From positions 186,001-250,000 of the IMG/VR virus record IMGVR_UViG_3300042545_001134: 64,000 bases of DNA; one strand, given 5' to 3'. Each line of letters starts with the position of its first letter. Within the stretch, counting starts at the first letter, position 1. The position numbers were made by a program, and so were the translations under genes. Positions 1-10,700 of this stretch are shown in pieces. The notes under the pieces are model-generated. The model did no database searches and was not told the DNA's origin. It was given only the letters and a program-made list of their open reading frames with translations.

Positions 1-328
1 CAAGAACATCATAACACGACTTGAGAATCAATGTGTTATACCTTAAAAGGGTACCAACTGTGTAAATGTTATTTGATTGTAATAGTGGCTCTTCAATCAC
101 CACCTTGGTAATACCAACATCTCTGTAGTTCTCCAATTGTTTTTTAAACGCATCGGCCTTCAATAAAAGTTCTTCAATTTTATCTTCGGGTTGAGGTTTA
201 ATTTTTGGTGAAAAATGTGTCAGTTCTAATAATTTAGAAGAACCGATATCAAATAGCGCCCATCCGATGGTCTTAGTTGAAATGTCTAAACCCAAAATTT
301 TGGGTGCATTCTTTAGTTTTATACTCAT
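1..328 (-). CDS. RuvC-like Holliday junction resolvase (runs off the window start)
   Basis: Not in the ORF track. Manual translation from ATG 328 gives MSIKLKNAPKILGLDISTKTIGWALFD...KVVIEEPL, the ILGLD..T.GWA and VVIEE motifs of the RNase H-fold RuvC/YqgF family. Confidence 0.75.
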   Translation of the reverse strand, partial: MSIKLKNAPKILGLDISTKTIGWALFDIGSSKLLELTHFSPKIKPQPEDKIEELLLKADAFKKQLENYRDVGITKVVIEEPLLQSNNIYTVGTLLRYNTLILKSCYDVL

Positions 329-367
329 ATAACAATATATAAGAAATATTATGCAATTAGTAAAGTC

Positions 368-2533
368 TTAGAAGTCTAATCTTACTCCAAACACTTGTGT
401 GCCAATTCTTTTAATTGGTTTTGCGGTTTTAGCAATCACCATAACTTCCTTATTACTGTTCAATAAGGCAACTTCAGTAATTCTTTTATCCGCACCTGAT
501 GGGTAAGTAGGATTTTGTGTTGTTGTGAACTGAGATGATGGTAAGTTTACCATAAATGTCATTCTTTCTATGTCAGTTGCTCTAACCAATCTAATACTTC
601 CCGGAAATGGTTGTTCATCACCAAATTGTGGTAATCCAGGTTCGGTTAATGAATCAGATTCATTGGGAACTAAACCTAAATAACTTTCAATATCATATAA
701 TGTACCACTTGTATACATTGCGTTTGTAACTTTCATTGAAACATTAGTGATATCTAATGGGTCAATTAATTGTCCAACCGTATGTCCCGAAATGTGTGAT
801 GTGTAATTGATTCTTGTCCAGTTATCATGAATCGGTAGTTCACCTGTATCAGTAACTTGTACCAAAATTTGGAATTGGTTTGCGATGAATCCTGATGACG
901 CTCCTGAACACACGTTTGTGTTATTCATGAATGGGAAACTATCTTCTCCAAATTTAACAAATAATTGAGATGGGTTTTTTAAACATTCGTCACCATCAAA
1001 TACTTCAATTTTAGAATAATAATTACATGGTAATCCATTTAATTGTGTGTCACCTGTGTAATTGAACATGTATGTTACCCAAATAGTTTGTCCTGTTGTT
1101 GAACCTGTGAAGAATGATTCTCCTGTAGATGTGTCACTCGGAATTAAACTAATTTTAGGTGCTGGTAATGTGTATTTTCTATTTGATTTATAGTCAAGTA
1201 CCGCAATAAGTTCTTGGTCGTCAAAAACAATTGTTTTGTTGTTAACGTAAATCTTACCAACTTTATAACCTTGTTCATCTAACAAATATCTGAACAATAA
1301 TAATTGAGTTGGGTTAATACTTGATTTCATATAGTAATCGGTAGTATCCATTGTAAATAACGCACCAACTGTGGTTCCAGTATTTCTGTGATATTGAACA
1401 AACGGAATATAAACCTCAAAATATTCTAAATCGGTAATTGTGTTCTCATCGGCATCTTCCAATAACGCATCACCTTCAACATTATTTGTTGAGATGTAAT
1501 CATCGTACTTATAAAATCTTTCAGGGTCATTAACTAAATCTCCCAATTCTGAATAATGAATAATCGCAATTGTTCTTTGTTCTTCGGGAGAAACAATAAT
1601 TTTCTCGTCAAATGAATTGTAATAAGATGTAACACCCGTAATTGTTCCACCTGTACTGTTTACCCATGTTTGACCACTTGTTGTGGTATAACCTAAAAAT
1701 TGTTTTGTTGATACGTGTTTGTTACTTGTGAAACCAGTTAGATTTTCATCTAAACCATTAACATCAAATCCGGTTGGTTTTTTATCCCATACAATATTCA
1801 TTGTCCACGAATTTAATTGTTGTGATGGGTCGATATCATTTGGACTACAATACGGACTAATTCCCGCATCTATAGGATATTCATTTTCACACGAATTACA
1901 AATAACCTGAACATTACCCGAACATCCTGAGAAGTTAGGTAAATTTCTATCCACCGTGATTGTGTTTCCACTTACACTGATTACTTGATAAATTAAACTT
2001 GACGCTTGTCCTGTGATAACAGGATAGTTAGGGTCGGTACCTCCGAACTGATTGAAAACCACCGTAATATATTCACAGTCACTAAAACTTGAACCTGTTG
2101 GTACAATTATACTTGTTGTTCCTGTAATTCCCGATAATGGGATTGATTGTGTTGTACATTGGATTGTTGTTCCTGTACATGCAACACTATCATATTCTTC
2201 GTAATTACTAACGAATCCCGCAGGTCCCATTACATTTCTTAAAATGTCAGTTACTGACATATCAATAGGAATACCATACGTTGTTGAGGTATCAGATGAA
2301 TCTATTTTATATGGGTATTTTACCCCACCTTCTTTATCAAATGGTGAGAATACTGATTGGTGTTGAACACCACCTAAACCCGTTAATCCTGTGAATGGAT
2401 TTGTGTAATCAAACTCAGAATCCCCAATTTGGAAATATGATATTACAAAATTTCCTTTGGCAATAGAATTTCTTCCCTTTTGGGTTATTCTTGCTGATAG
2501 GAACTCCGAATTATTTTTACTTAGAAAACTCAT
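368..2533 (-). CDS. baseplate / tail-fibre attachment structural protein (tail-collar-like N- and C-terminal motifs around a large insertion)
   Basis: 721 aa. N-term ITQKGRNSIAKG..ISYFQIGD and C-term ITEVALLN...VIAK resemble the two halves of the P2 gpH-type tail-collar (DUF3751-like) domain. Late motif at 2538-2545. Confidence 0.5.
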   Translation of the reverse strand: MSFLSKNNSEFLSARITQKGRNSIAKGNFVISYFQIGDSEFDYTNPFTGLTGLGGVQHQSVFSPFDKEGGVKYPYKIDSSDTSTTYGIPIDMSVTDILRNVMGPAGFVSNYEEYDSVACTGTTIQCTTQSIPLSGITGTTSIIVPTGSSFSDCEYITVVFNQFGGTDPNYPVITGQASSLIYQVISVSGNTITVDRNLPNFSGCSGNVQVICNSCENEYPIDAGISPYCSPNDIDPSQQLNSWTMNIVWDKKPTGFDVNGLDENLTGFTSNKHVSTKQFLGYTTTSGQTWVNSTGGTITGVTSYYNSFDEKIIVSPEEQRTIAIIHYSELGDLVNDPERFYKYDDYISTNNVEGDALLEDADENTITDLEYFEVYIPFVQYHRNTGTTVGALFTMDTTDYYMKSSINPTQLLLFRYLLDEQGYKVGKIYVNNKTIVFDDQELIAVLDYKSNRKYTLPAPKISLIPSDTSTGESFFTGSTTGQTIWVTYMFNYTGDTQLNGLPCNYYSKIEVFDGDECLKNPSQLFVKFGEDSFPFMNNTNVCSGASSGFIANQFQILVQVTDTGELPIHDNWTRINYTSHISGHTVGQLIDPLDITNVSMKVTNAMYTSGTLYDIESYLGLVPNESDSLTEPGLPQFGDEQPFPGSIRLVRATDIERMTFMVNLPSSQFTTTQNPTYPSGADKRITEVALLNSNKEVMVIAKTAKPIKRIGTQVFGVRLDF

Positions 2534-2561
2534 ATGATATAAATACTTTTAATTAATTTTA

Positions 2562-3461
2562 TTAACATCCACTACCTTTTAAACAATCTATATATAACAC
2601 CCCACTAAGTACATAATATAAATTCGGATATGAAGCGCCGGGATTAATTGCGTTGGTATCTGGGAAATATGTTGTCAGTCCCGCATCCGAGAAAACGATT
2701 GTTGAATCAACAAACGAATCACTTAAACCCATGTAAATTGTTGAGTTACCAATATTACCATTTAATTGGCAGGTCCCACCATTACATAGAGTATCACCTG
2801 TTTGAACTGTAAATTGTATATTAGATGATGTTGGTGTTGGGGTTGGGGTTATAGTTGAGGTGGTTGTAATAAATCCACCTTCAAGTGTACATCCAGTAGT
2901 AACTAAACTTATTGTTACTAAAGTACAATCTGTTGTTGGTAAAGAGCAAGAACATAAATCTAACACCGTTCCCATAGTGAATTGGGGGGTAGGTAATCCA
3001 AAATAATCACCCCGTTCGGACATCGGTGTGTTTGTGTTACAATCAGTCCAATTTATAAATTCTCCACAATAAGAAATATATGTAATTCTATACGTGTTAC
3101 ATTCACATACGGAAGATGTTGGTGTCGAGGTGGATGTTACCGTAGGAGTACTAGTTCCCGTAGGAGTTACTGTTGGGGTGGGCGTTGGTGTCGATACTAT
3201 ATCTCCACAACATTCATCTAAATTAACTCTAAATGTATTTGAACAACACCCTTCACAGTCAATTTTAACAAAAACTTCCATTAATGTTGCAGACAAACCT
3301 GTTAAGGTACATGTTGTCCCAGTTATATTTACACAATTAGTTGTCCCCGTAACCGTAGAGTCCGTTAGACCCGTATAAACAGTACAATTTGTGTAATCTG
3401 AACCCGAATTTAAATTAATTGTAACACCTTTTGGGGTTACTGTATCTGGAGTACATGCCAT
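2562..3461 (-). CDS. PT-linker, Cys-rich putative virion appendage/adhesin protein
   Basis: 299 aa. N-terminal beta domain, TPTPT linkers and Cys-rich modules; structural gene cluster; upstream TATTTATC. Confidence 0.55.
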   Translation of the reverse strand: MACTPDTVTPKGVTINLNSGSDYTNCTVYTGLTDSTVTGTTNCVNITGTTCTLTGLSATLMEVFVKIDCEGCCSNTFRVNLDECCGDIVSTPTPTPTVTPTGTSTPTVTSTSTPTSSVCECNTYRITYISYCGEFINWTDCNTNTPMSERGDYFGLPTPQFTMGTVLDLCSCSLPTTDCTLVTISLVTTGCTLEGGFITTTSTITPTPTPTSSNIQFTVQTGDTLCNGGTCQLNGNIGNSTIYMGLSDSFVDSTIVFSDAGLTTYFPDTNAINPGASYPNLYYVLSGVLYIDCLKGSGC

Positions 3462-3511
3462 TTAGTATCTAATATATCAGATAAATATTAGAAAGTAAAT
3501 TTTAAATGGTA

Positions 3512-4951
3512 TTAACTCATACAATCATTATCCACTGTACAGTTACTACCAGGTATTATCGTTGCAGTACTATACGACGGAGCACTTTGGATTCCTAATT
3601 TTAAAATGTAAATACTATTAATTACTTGTACACACGCAACATATGTTGCAGGAGAATTGTATTGGGTTATAATTTCCGTTCCGTCACATTTAATCATACT
3701 AACATAAACAATACCGTCATCTGATGCAATTAAATCTCTTTCATCGATGTAAATGTTCGCGCATTGACACTCAGTTAAACACGAGTATATTTCACCGTCA
3801 AATACACATGCGTTTCCTGTATTTGTAATTATTAAATTAGGTTGGTCTAAATTGACTATATTACCACAAAGATTTATGGTTGTTGAGCCCGAAATTGAGT
3901 CTACAAATAACACACCGTTACAATCTTCATATGTTACCGAACATCCTTCCGGATTCGAACATTCAACAGTGTAACAATTACATGGTCTTGATTCTGTAGG
4001 TGTAGGTGTTGATTGTTCCGTTGTCGTCGCCGTTGGAGTACTAGTTCCCGTAGGAGTTGCTGTAGGTGTATTAGTTCCTGTAGGAGTTAAAGTAGGTGTA
4101 CTAGTTCCTGTTGGAGTTAAAGTAGGGGTCGGTGTTATTGTTGGTGTCGCCGTAGGGGTTAATGTAGGTGTTGGTGTTGGTTCACCCGTTACAATACAAT
4201 CACCATCTATAGTACATGGGTTTAATGTATTAGTATATGTTGAAAACTCAATCGGAACGATATCAGACTCTTCCGGTCCATTATATCTATACCAATCTGT
4301 TATTGAGGATATGCAATATCCTGAAAATCCCCCAACACCACTAAATCCTATACTTTGAGGTGTTAAACTACAATCTAAATATTGAAGTATTGGCCCTCCG
4401 TATTCTCCAAATTCACGTTCATCAATATTGAATTCATAACAATAACATCCTTCTGCCGGTGTTGGTGTTATGGTACTGGTTCCTGTTGGAGTTCCTGTAG
4501 GGGTTGCCGTAGGTGTACTAGTTCCTGTGGGGGTCACAGTGGGAGTTGGGGTTATTGTTGGTGTTGGTGTAACATCAGTACTAGTTGTTGTGGGTGTTGG
4601 TGTTACCGTTGGTGTGTTAGTCCCCGTGGGGGTTGGTGTTGGGATTATTTGTGAAATACAATCGTCACATCTTAAATCAACAAAAACCAATTGATAACCA
4701 CCTTGTAATTTAGGTGTTGACGTTGGCACCGAGTTAATGTGTCCATCACAATGTTCAATAAATAAATAAACATTATCATATGAACTATCAACATTCAAAC
4801 TTAAAGTGTATCCCGAAACGGGTACGTTAACGTCTTCCACATAATCAGCGTCATCAATGTCGTGAGTTATTCCAGTATAAACTGAATAACTTTCACATGG
4901 TGTTGTACCATTAAAATTGGAAACTGTTATTTCATAACTTGAAGTTGGCAT
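3512..4951 (-). CDS. PT-linker, Cys-rich putative virion appendage/adhesin protein (three Cys modules)
   Basis: 479 aa. Two PT tracts of about 65-70 aa separate CYCY..YLDC, CNCY..YEDC and CQCA..MIKC modules. Confidence 0.55.
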   Translation of the reverse strand: MPTSSYEITVSNFNGTTPCESYSVYTGITHDIDDADYVEDVNVPVSGYTLSLNVDSSYDNVYLFIEHCDGHINSVPTSTPKLQGGYQLVFVDLRCDDCISQIIPTPTPTGTNTPTVTPTPTTTSTDVTPTPTITPTPTVTPTGTSTPTATPTGTPTGTSTITPTPAEGCYCYEFNIDEREFGEYGGPILQYLDCSLTPQSIGFSGVGGFSGYCISSITDWYRYNGPEESDIVPIEFSTYTNTLNPCTIDGDCIVTGEPTPTPTLTPTATPTITPTPTLTPTGTSTPTLTPTGTNTPTATPTGTSTPTATTTEQSTPTPTESRPCNCYTVECSNPEGCSVTYEDCNGVLFVDSISGSTTINLCGNIVNLDQPNLIITNTGNACVFDGEIYSCLTECQCANIYIDERDLIASDDGIVYVSMIKCDGTEIITQYNSPATYVACVQVINSIYILKLGIQSAPSYSTATIIPGSNCTVDNDCMS

Positions 4952-4986
4952 CTATATTAAATATGAATCTATTTTTTATTATTTTT

Positions 4987-6678
4987 TTAACAACAGCAAC
5001 CCACAGGTATACTTGTTCCACAACTTCCGCTTATTATGTCGTCCTCGGGACCGACGGTTTCACTTATTATTTTCCAAGCACAATTAGGATTTGGTAAACT
5101 ACTCATATTTACAAATGTCCCTATTGATAACGAAACAAGGGACTTCGCTATGTACGTTGGGCCGCTCGCTGCGCCCGTATCACAGTTACTTACTGCCCTA
5201 ATAAAATAGTAAAATTCCATAGGTGTTGAAGTTGGAGTTATTGTTGGTGTTGAAGTTGGGGTTGTTGTTATAGTTCCCGTTGATGTTGGAGTTATTGTTG
5301 GGGTTGTCGTTGATGTAGGTGTTACCGTTGGGGTTGGTGTTGCTCCAATTGAACCACATATCTCAACAATTTTAAATGTTGTTGTTTTGGGGTCGGACAC
5401 ATAAATTGTGTTTGTTGGTGGATAAAATACCACATCAAATGGTGTTGAATCCGGTATTGTTATTGTATCTGATAGTGTACCCGTTGATACATCAATAACT
5501 TTAACAACTCCACCATCAAAAATTGGGATGTATAATTTATTGTTTACACTGTTATATACAGAGTTATAAATCGTCAACCCAAGTGAAATACTATATGAAT
5601 TTGTAACACTATTTGTTGAACAATCGATTACATCATAACCCCCTGTATGGATTACAAATAATTGATTAGTTGATGATTTATATGATAATGAACGAACCGT
5701 TCCACTGACCGCAATACTCCCAACTATTGTATATGATATCGTAGAAAATCTTTGAACAGTTGTACCCGTACCCGGAAGATAAAGAGTATCGTTAATTGAG
5801 TTATAACTTAATGTATAACTCGTACTATTAATTGGTAAACCAGTAACTTGTGTAATAAATGTTTCAGAAGAACCATCTATTACCGATATTTCACCTGAAC
5901 TCGTTCCAGTATATGAGGAAAGATACATTACATTATCTCCCGAATTAAATTCAAACGCCTTTGGATTTGTTGGTCCATTTCCTAAATATGTTTCGGTTTG
6001 TGGAATTGTTGTATTTTGCATACGTATAGTGCCACCTACGTCAACCCCATAAACTTTATTTGTTACGGTATTCATACCTATAATAGATGTGTTTACACTG
6101 GTCGTAAATGTCCCAAATATGGATTGTGTTGATGAGTTTGGTATAACTCTACTAATGTAATATGCCGCACCAACGTTAAGTGCATAAATTTCATTATTAT
6201 TTGGGTTATACACCATACCGGAAGGTCTGTTATACACTGATGGACTGTTCAATGTTCTTACAATATCGTCACTACAAGTAGTTGATGTCGGGGTAGTTGT
6301 TATAGTTCCCGTTGATGTTGATGTTGGGGTTGTCGTTATGGTTGGAGTTGGAGTTATCGTTGGTGTAGGTGTTGATTGGTTTTCACATGTCACATCGATA
6401 CTAAAACAGATTGTGTCATAACATGGGAACGCCTTACTATCGTGAGTAAAGATATTTTGAACAATATATCTACCCGTTGCATTGTCCGTCATTTTAATCC
6501 AATACTGAGTATCGAATGTTAAACCTGAAATTGTTATTTCAGTTGTTGACGGAGTATATGAACCCAATAACGTAAAAGTTGAATTAGTTTCAACGGGGTA
6601 TGGATTATTACCCGACTTATAACGAATCGTGTAATTACCATTTGAGATTATATTATATATTCTTACGTTTAGTCCCAT
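4987..6678 (-). CDS. FN3-like N-domain + PT linker + YVTN/YncE-like beta-propeller + PT linker + Cys-rich C-domain
   Basis: 563 aa. TISGLTFDTQYWIKM is FN3-like. Repeats of about 42 aa (YNPNNNEIY, FNSGDNVMY, YNSINDTLY, YNSVNNKLY, with VIDG/VIDC/VIDV) are typical of YVTN propeller blades. Confidence 0.65.
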   Translation of the reverse strand: MGLNVRIYNIISNGNYTIRYKSGNNPYPVETNSTFTLLGSYTPSTTEITISGLTFDTQYWIKMTDNATGRYIVQNIFTHDSKAFPCYDTICFSIDVTCENQSTPTPTITPTPTITTTPTSTSTGTITTTPTSTTCSDDIVRTLNSPSVYNRPSGMVYNPNNNEIYALNVGAAYYISRVIPNSSTQSIFGTFTTSVNTSIIGMNTVTNKVYGVDVGGTIRMQNTTIPQTETYLGNGPTNPKAFEFNSGDNVMYLSSYTGTSSGEISVIDGSSETFITQVTGLPINSTSYTLSYNSINDTLYLPGTGTTVQRFSTISYTIVGSIAVSGTVRSLSYKSSTNQLFVIHTGGYDVIDCSTNSVTNSYSISLGLTIYNSVYNSVNNKLYIPIFDGGVVKVIDVSTGTLSDTITIPDSTPFDVVFYPPTNTIYVSDPKTTTFKIVEICGSIGATPTPTVTPTSTTTPTITPTSTGTITTTPTSTPTITPTSTPMEFYYFIRAVSNCDTGAASGPTYIAKSLVSLSIGTFVNMSSLPNPNCAWKIISETVGPEDDIISGSCGTSIPVGCCC

Positions 6679-6682
6679 TTAA

Positions 6683-7708
6683 TTATAATTGACAATTTTC
6701 TTGACATGCATTCGTACACACGCCATGACCTGTTGTTCCGTAAAGTATTAAGTTAGGTCCACCACTTATAGTGTTACCTGTAATTTTAAAAATACTTCCA
6801 GTACACGCCCCAACATTTTCAATGTAGAATCTACCAAATACAGGAGACGTTGATGTTGGCATCTCAACAATTACGTTATCATTTATCATTGTACATCCTG
6901 TTGCTACTCCTCCTGAATCGTATTCACATGACCATTCTTCCGCCTCATATGCGGATGTTCCTATTGGTTCAGGTGTGAATGTAGGTGTAACAGTTATTGT
7001 TGGTGTTGATGTTGGTGTATTAGTACCCGTTGGTGTTGATGTTGGTGTATTAGTACCTGTCGGTGTTGGAGTTTCCATTGGTGTAATCGTTTCACATTCC
7101 CCTAGTTGTGTTATGTTACCCTCACCTCCGGTTTGAAATACTGAACCATTTTGAGCACAAACAACTATTGCACTTGTTACTGTTGCAGAATTTGGTGTTC
7201 CATCACACTCTAACCATTCAACATCAATAGATGCGGCACCTTCGATGTTATAACCATAACAAAATAGGATTGGTGTTTCTGTTGGTGTTACCACTGTTGG
7301 TGTGTTAGTACTTGTTGGTGTCGTAGTAGGTGTTGTTGTCGGCGTTTCAGTTGGGGTATTAGTTCCTGTTGGTGTGGGGGTAATGGTTTCCGTTGGTGTT
7401 CCCGTAGGAGTACTAGTTCCCGTTGGTGTTACTGTAGGAGTACTAGTTCCCGTTGGTGTTACAGTAGGTGTTGGTGTGGTAGAACTAATAACATAATTAA
7501 CTTCATTTGTACATAATCCAACACTAGCAACTGTTCCACTTACAATTGTGTATGGTGTGGTGTCAACAGTATAACCCGTTAATAATTGAGATTTTGTGAT
7601 ACCTGTTGCTAAAAGAACAACATCAAACGTATCGGTTAATCCCGAAATATTAAATGGTCCCGCATCTGTTGCGGTATATCCTGATGGTATTGTAAATGTT
7701 ATAAACAT
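6683..7708 (-). CDS. PT-linker, Cys-rich putative virion appendage protein
   Basis: 341 aa with the same architecture as its neighbours; TATTTATA at 7728-7735. Confidence 0.55.
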   Translation of the reverse strand: MFITFTIPSGYTATDAGPFNISGLTDTFDVVLLATGITKSQLLTGYTVDTTPYTIVSGTVASVGLCTNEVNYVISSTTPTPTVTPTGTSTPTVTPTGTSTPTGTPTETITPTPTGTNTPTETPTTTPTTTPTSTNTPTVVTPTETPILFCYGYNIEGAASIDVEWLECDGTPNSATVTSAIVVCAQNGSVFQTGGEGNITQLGECETITPMETPTPTGTNTPTSTPTGTNTPTSTPTITVTPTFTPEPIGTSAYEAEEWSCEYDSGGVATGCTMINDNVIVEMPTSTSPVFGRFYIENVGACTGSIFKITGNTISGGPNLILYGTTGHGVCTNACQENCQL

Positions 7709-7750
7709 ATGTCTTTTCTTGTTATTTTATAAATACTTTTATTCTTTATT

Positions 7751-10700
7751 TTATCTATCACAATCCTCGGGTTTATTACATGGTACTAAACTGTTTACAT
7801 AACTAGAAGTTGGAGCTGTCAGTTGAACGTCACCTTGGAAGTAAACCAATGCAGGTGAGTAACGAGTATCTGCACTCCAAATACATATGTTATATATTCC
7901 TGCAACACCAAACATCGTTAACCTTGGTTCATTACCATAACCGCACTCAAAATATTTAAAGAATACTTTTCCATTTGCACTTGGGTAGTATGCCCCATTT
8001 ATGGTAACAGGGTTGTTGTTACCTGTCGCATTATCTATATCCTCTTGACTAATTGTTATTTCATGACACGTACAAATTAATGGTGCCGGGTTATATGGTG
8101 GACAAGGGGTGCAGTCATAACACTGTACACCTGTTGGTACCGCAATGTTATTAGTGTCAGTAAGTAATTCGTCAATACATAATGTGCCCGTTTCTCCCGG
8201 GTTGAAATACTGTTCTTGCGTTCCACCTGTACAGTTAATATAATAAATCCAACCACCCGTATATGATGGTCCTATGTTGTAACATTCAACCGCCAAGGTT
8301 GCTGTAGGGGTTGCTGTTGGTGTTACAGTAGGAGTTGGTGTTCCTGTAGGGGTTGCAGTACTAGTTGGTGTTGCAGTACTGGTTGGTGTTACTGTCGGTG
8401 TTGGTGTTCCTGTAGGGGTTGCCGTACTAGTTGGTGTTACTGTCGGTGTAGGTGTTATGCATGGTCCACAATCTGAACATGTGTTATAATATTGATATAT
8501 TGGTGCACATCCTTCATTTGTTGACCCTACGCTTGTTATTGTGTAACAATATCCATAGTAATTAATAATCTGACCAACGATTGGTAAAGTATATTCTGTT
8601 GAGCATCCCACCCCAATATCAAGTTTATTAACTGTAGGATTTTCAGGACAACAAGAGTCTAAATTAACATTCACATATAACCCCGGATTCTCAATCAAAC
8701 AATCTTCACATGTGGTAAAATCAAATAAAGTGGTTCCAGGATAATATCCATCTGAACCATTACCACCAATGTCGGTTAAATGGTAACAACATCCAAAAAT
8801 ACTTGTTGTTAAATTAGTATCTATTGCATATGCACCAGCATCTACCGTTACATACTTAAATTGACTTACATCACAACATGATGTAAGAATAAGATTAATA
8901 GGTGGTGTTGATGTTGGCGTTTCCGTAGGTGTCTCTGTTGGAGTTGCTGTTGGCGTCTCTGTTGGTGTTGCAGTTCCTGTTGGAGTTGCTGTTCCTGTTG
9001 GAGTTGCTGTTCCTGTTGGAGTTGCTGTTGGCGTCTCTGTTGGTGTTGCAGTTCCTGTTGGAGTTGCTGTTCCTGTTGGAGTTGCTGTTCCTGTTGGAGT
9101 TGCTGTTCCTGTTGGAGTTGCGGTTGGTGTTTCCGTAGGAGTTGCAGTTGGCGTCGCTGTCGGCGTTTCCGTAGGTGTCTCTGTTGGAGTTGCTGTTGGC
9201 GTCTCTGTTGGTGTTGCAGTTCCTGTTGGAGTTGCTGTTCCTGTTGGAGTTGCGGTTGGTGTTTCCGTAGGAGTTGCAGTTGGCGTCGCTGTCGGCGTTT
9301 CCGTAGGTGTTGGGGTTATAGTTGGTGTCGCAGTTGGTGTTTCCGTAGGAGTTGCTGTCGGAGTTGCAGTTCCCGTAGGAGTTGCGGTTGGCGTTTCCGT
9401 AGGAGTTGCGGTAGGTGTTGCAGTTCCTGTAGGGGTTATAGTTGGTGTTTCCGTAGGAGTTGCAGTAGGTGTACTAGTTCCTGTCGGTGTCGATGTCGGC
9501 GTTTCTGTATTAGTTGGTGTAATGGTTCCTGTTGGGGTTGCTGTTCCTGTCGGAGTTGCAGTAGGTGTGCTAGTTGGTGTTTCCGTAGGAGTTGCAGTTC
9601 CCGTAGGGGTTGCTGTTGGCGTCTCAGTAGGAGTTGCTGTTCCCGTAGGAGTTGCTGTTCCTGTAGGAGTTGCTGTTGGCGTTTCCGTTGGTGTCTCTGT
9701 TGGCGTTTCCGTAGGAGTTGCAGTAGGTGTACTAGTTCCTGTCGGTGTCGCGGTTGGCGTTTCCGTAGGTGTACTAGTTCCTGTCGGAGTTGCCGTAGGA
9801 GTTTCAGTCGGAGTTGCTGTTGGTGTACTAGTTCCCGTAGGAGTTGCCGTAGGTGTACTAGTTGGTGTTTCTGTATTAGTTGGTGTAATGGTTCCTGTTG
9901 GGGTTGCTGTTGGTGTTTCCGTAGGAGTACTAGTTCCGGTAGGAGTTGCCGTTCCTGTAGGAGTTGATGTTGGCGTTTCCGTATTAGTTGGGGTCGCTGT
10001 TGGCGTTTCCGTTGGAGTTGGTGTACTAGTTCCTGTTGGAGTTGCCGTTGGTGTCTCTGTTGGAGTATTGGTTCCTGTTGGTGTTACTGTCGGCGTCTCA
10101 GTAGGTGTATTAGTTGCGGTTCCCGTAGGTGTTTCCGTAGGAGTATTAGTTCCTGTAGGAGTTGCTGTCGGCGTCTCTGTGCTAGTTCCAGTGGGTGTTA
10201 TTGTAGGTGTTGCGGTACTAGTTGGTGTTGGTGTTGTTTGAACATAAATTACCTCAACACATGAACATACAGGTTGGACAGAATTAACGGTAAAACTACT
10301 AACACATTCTCCCTGTTGTAAAACAGGATTCAAATTGAACGAATGTGTATGGTCGTTGTATGCGATTGTTTCTGTTCCATTATATACCGTACCTAAATCC
10401 CCATATGCGGTTCCTGATACCACATAATCACAAATGGCATTTGCGTTACCCGTTAAATTAGGATTATCAAATAATTTCAAACTAAAATTAGTACATCCAA
10501 GTAATTTTACCTCCAAGTATTGAGTTGTAACCAAAGTACATGTTGTAGTTGGTGTTACAGTTGGGGTATCAGTTGGTGACTGTGTAATCGTAGGAGTCAC
10601 TGTTGGTGTTTCCGTAGGAGTTGCCGTTCCTGTAGGTGTAATAGTTGGTGTATCAGTAATAGTCGGCGTACTGGTTCCTGTCGGAGTTGCCGTTGGCGTT

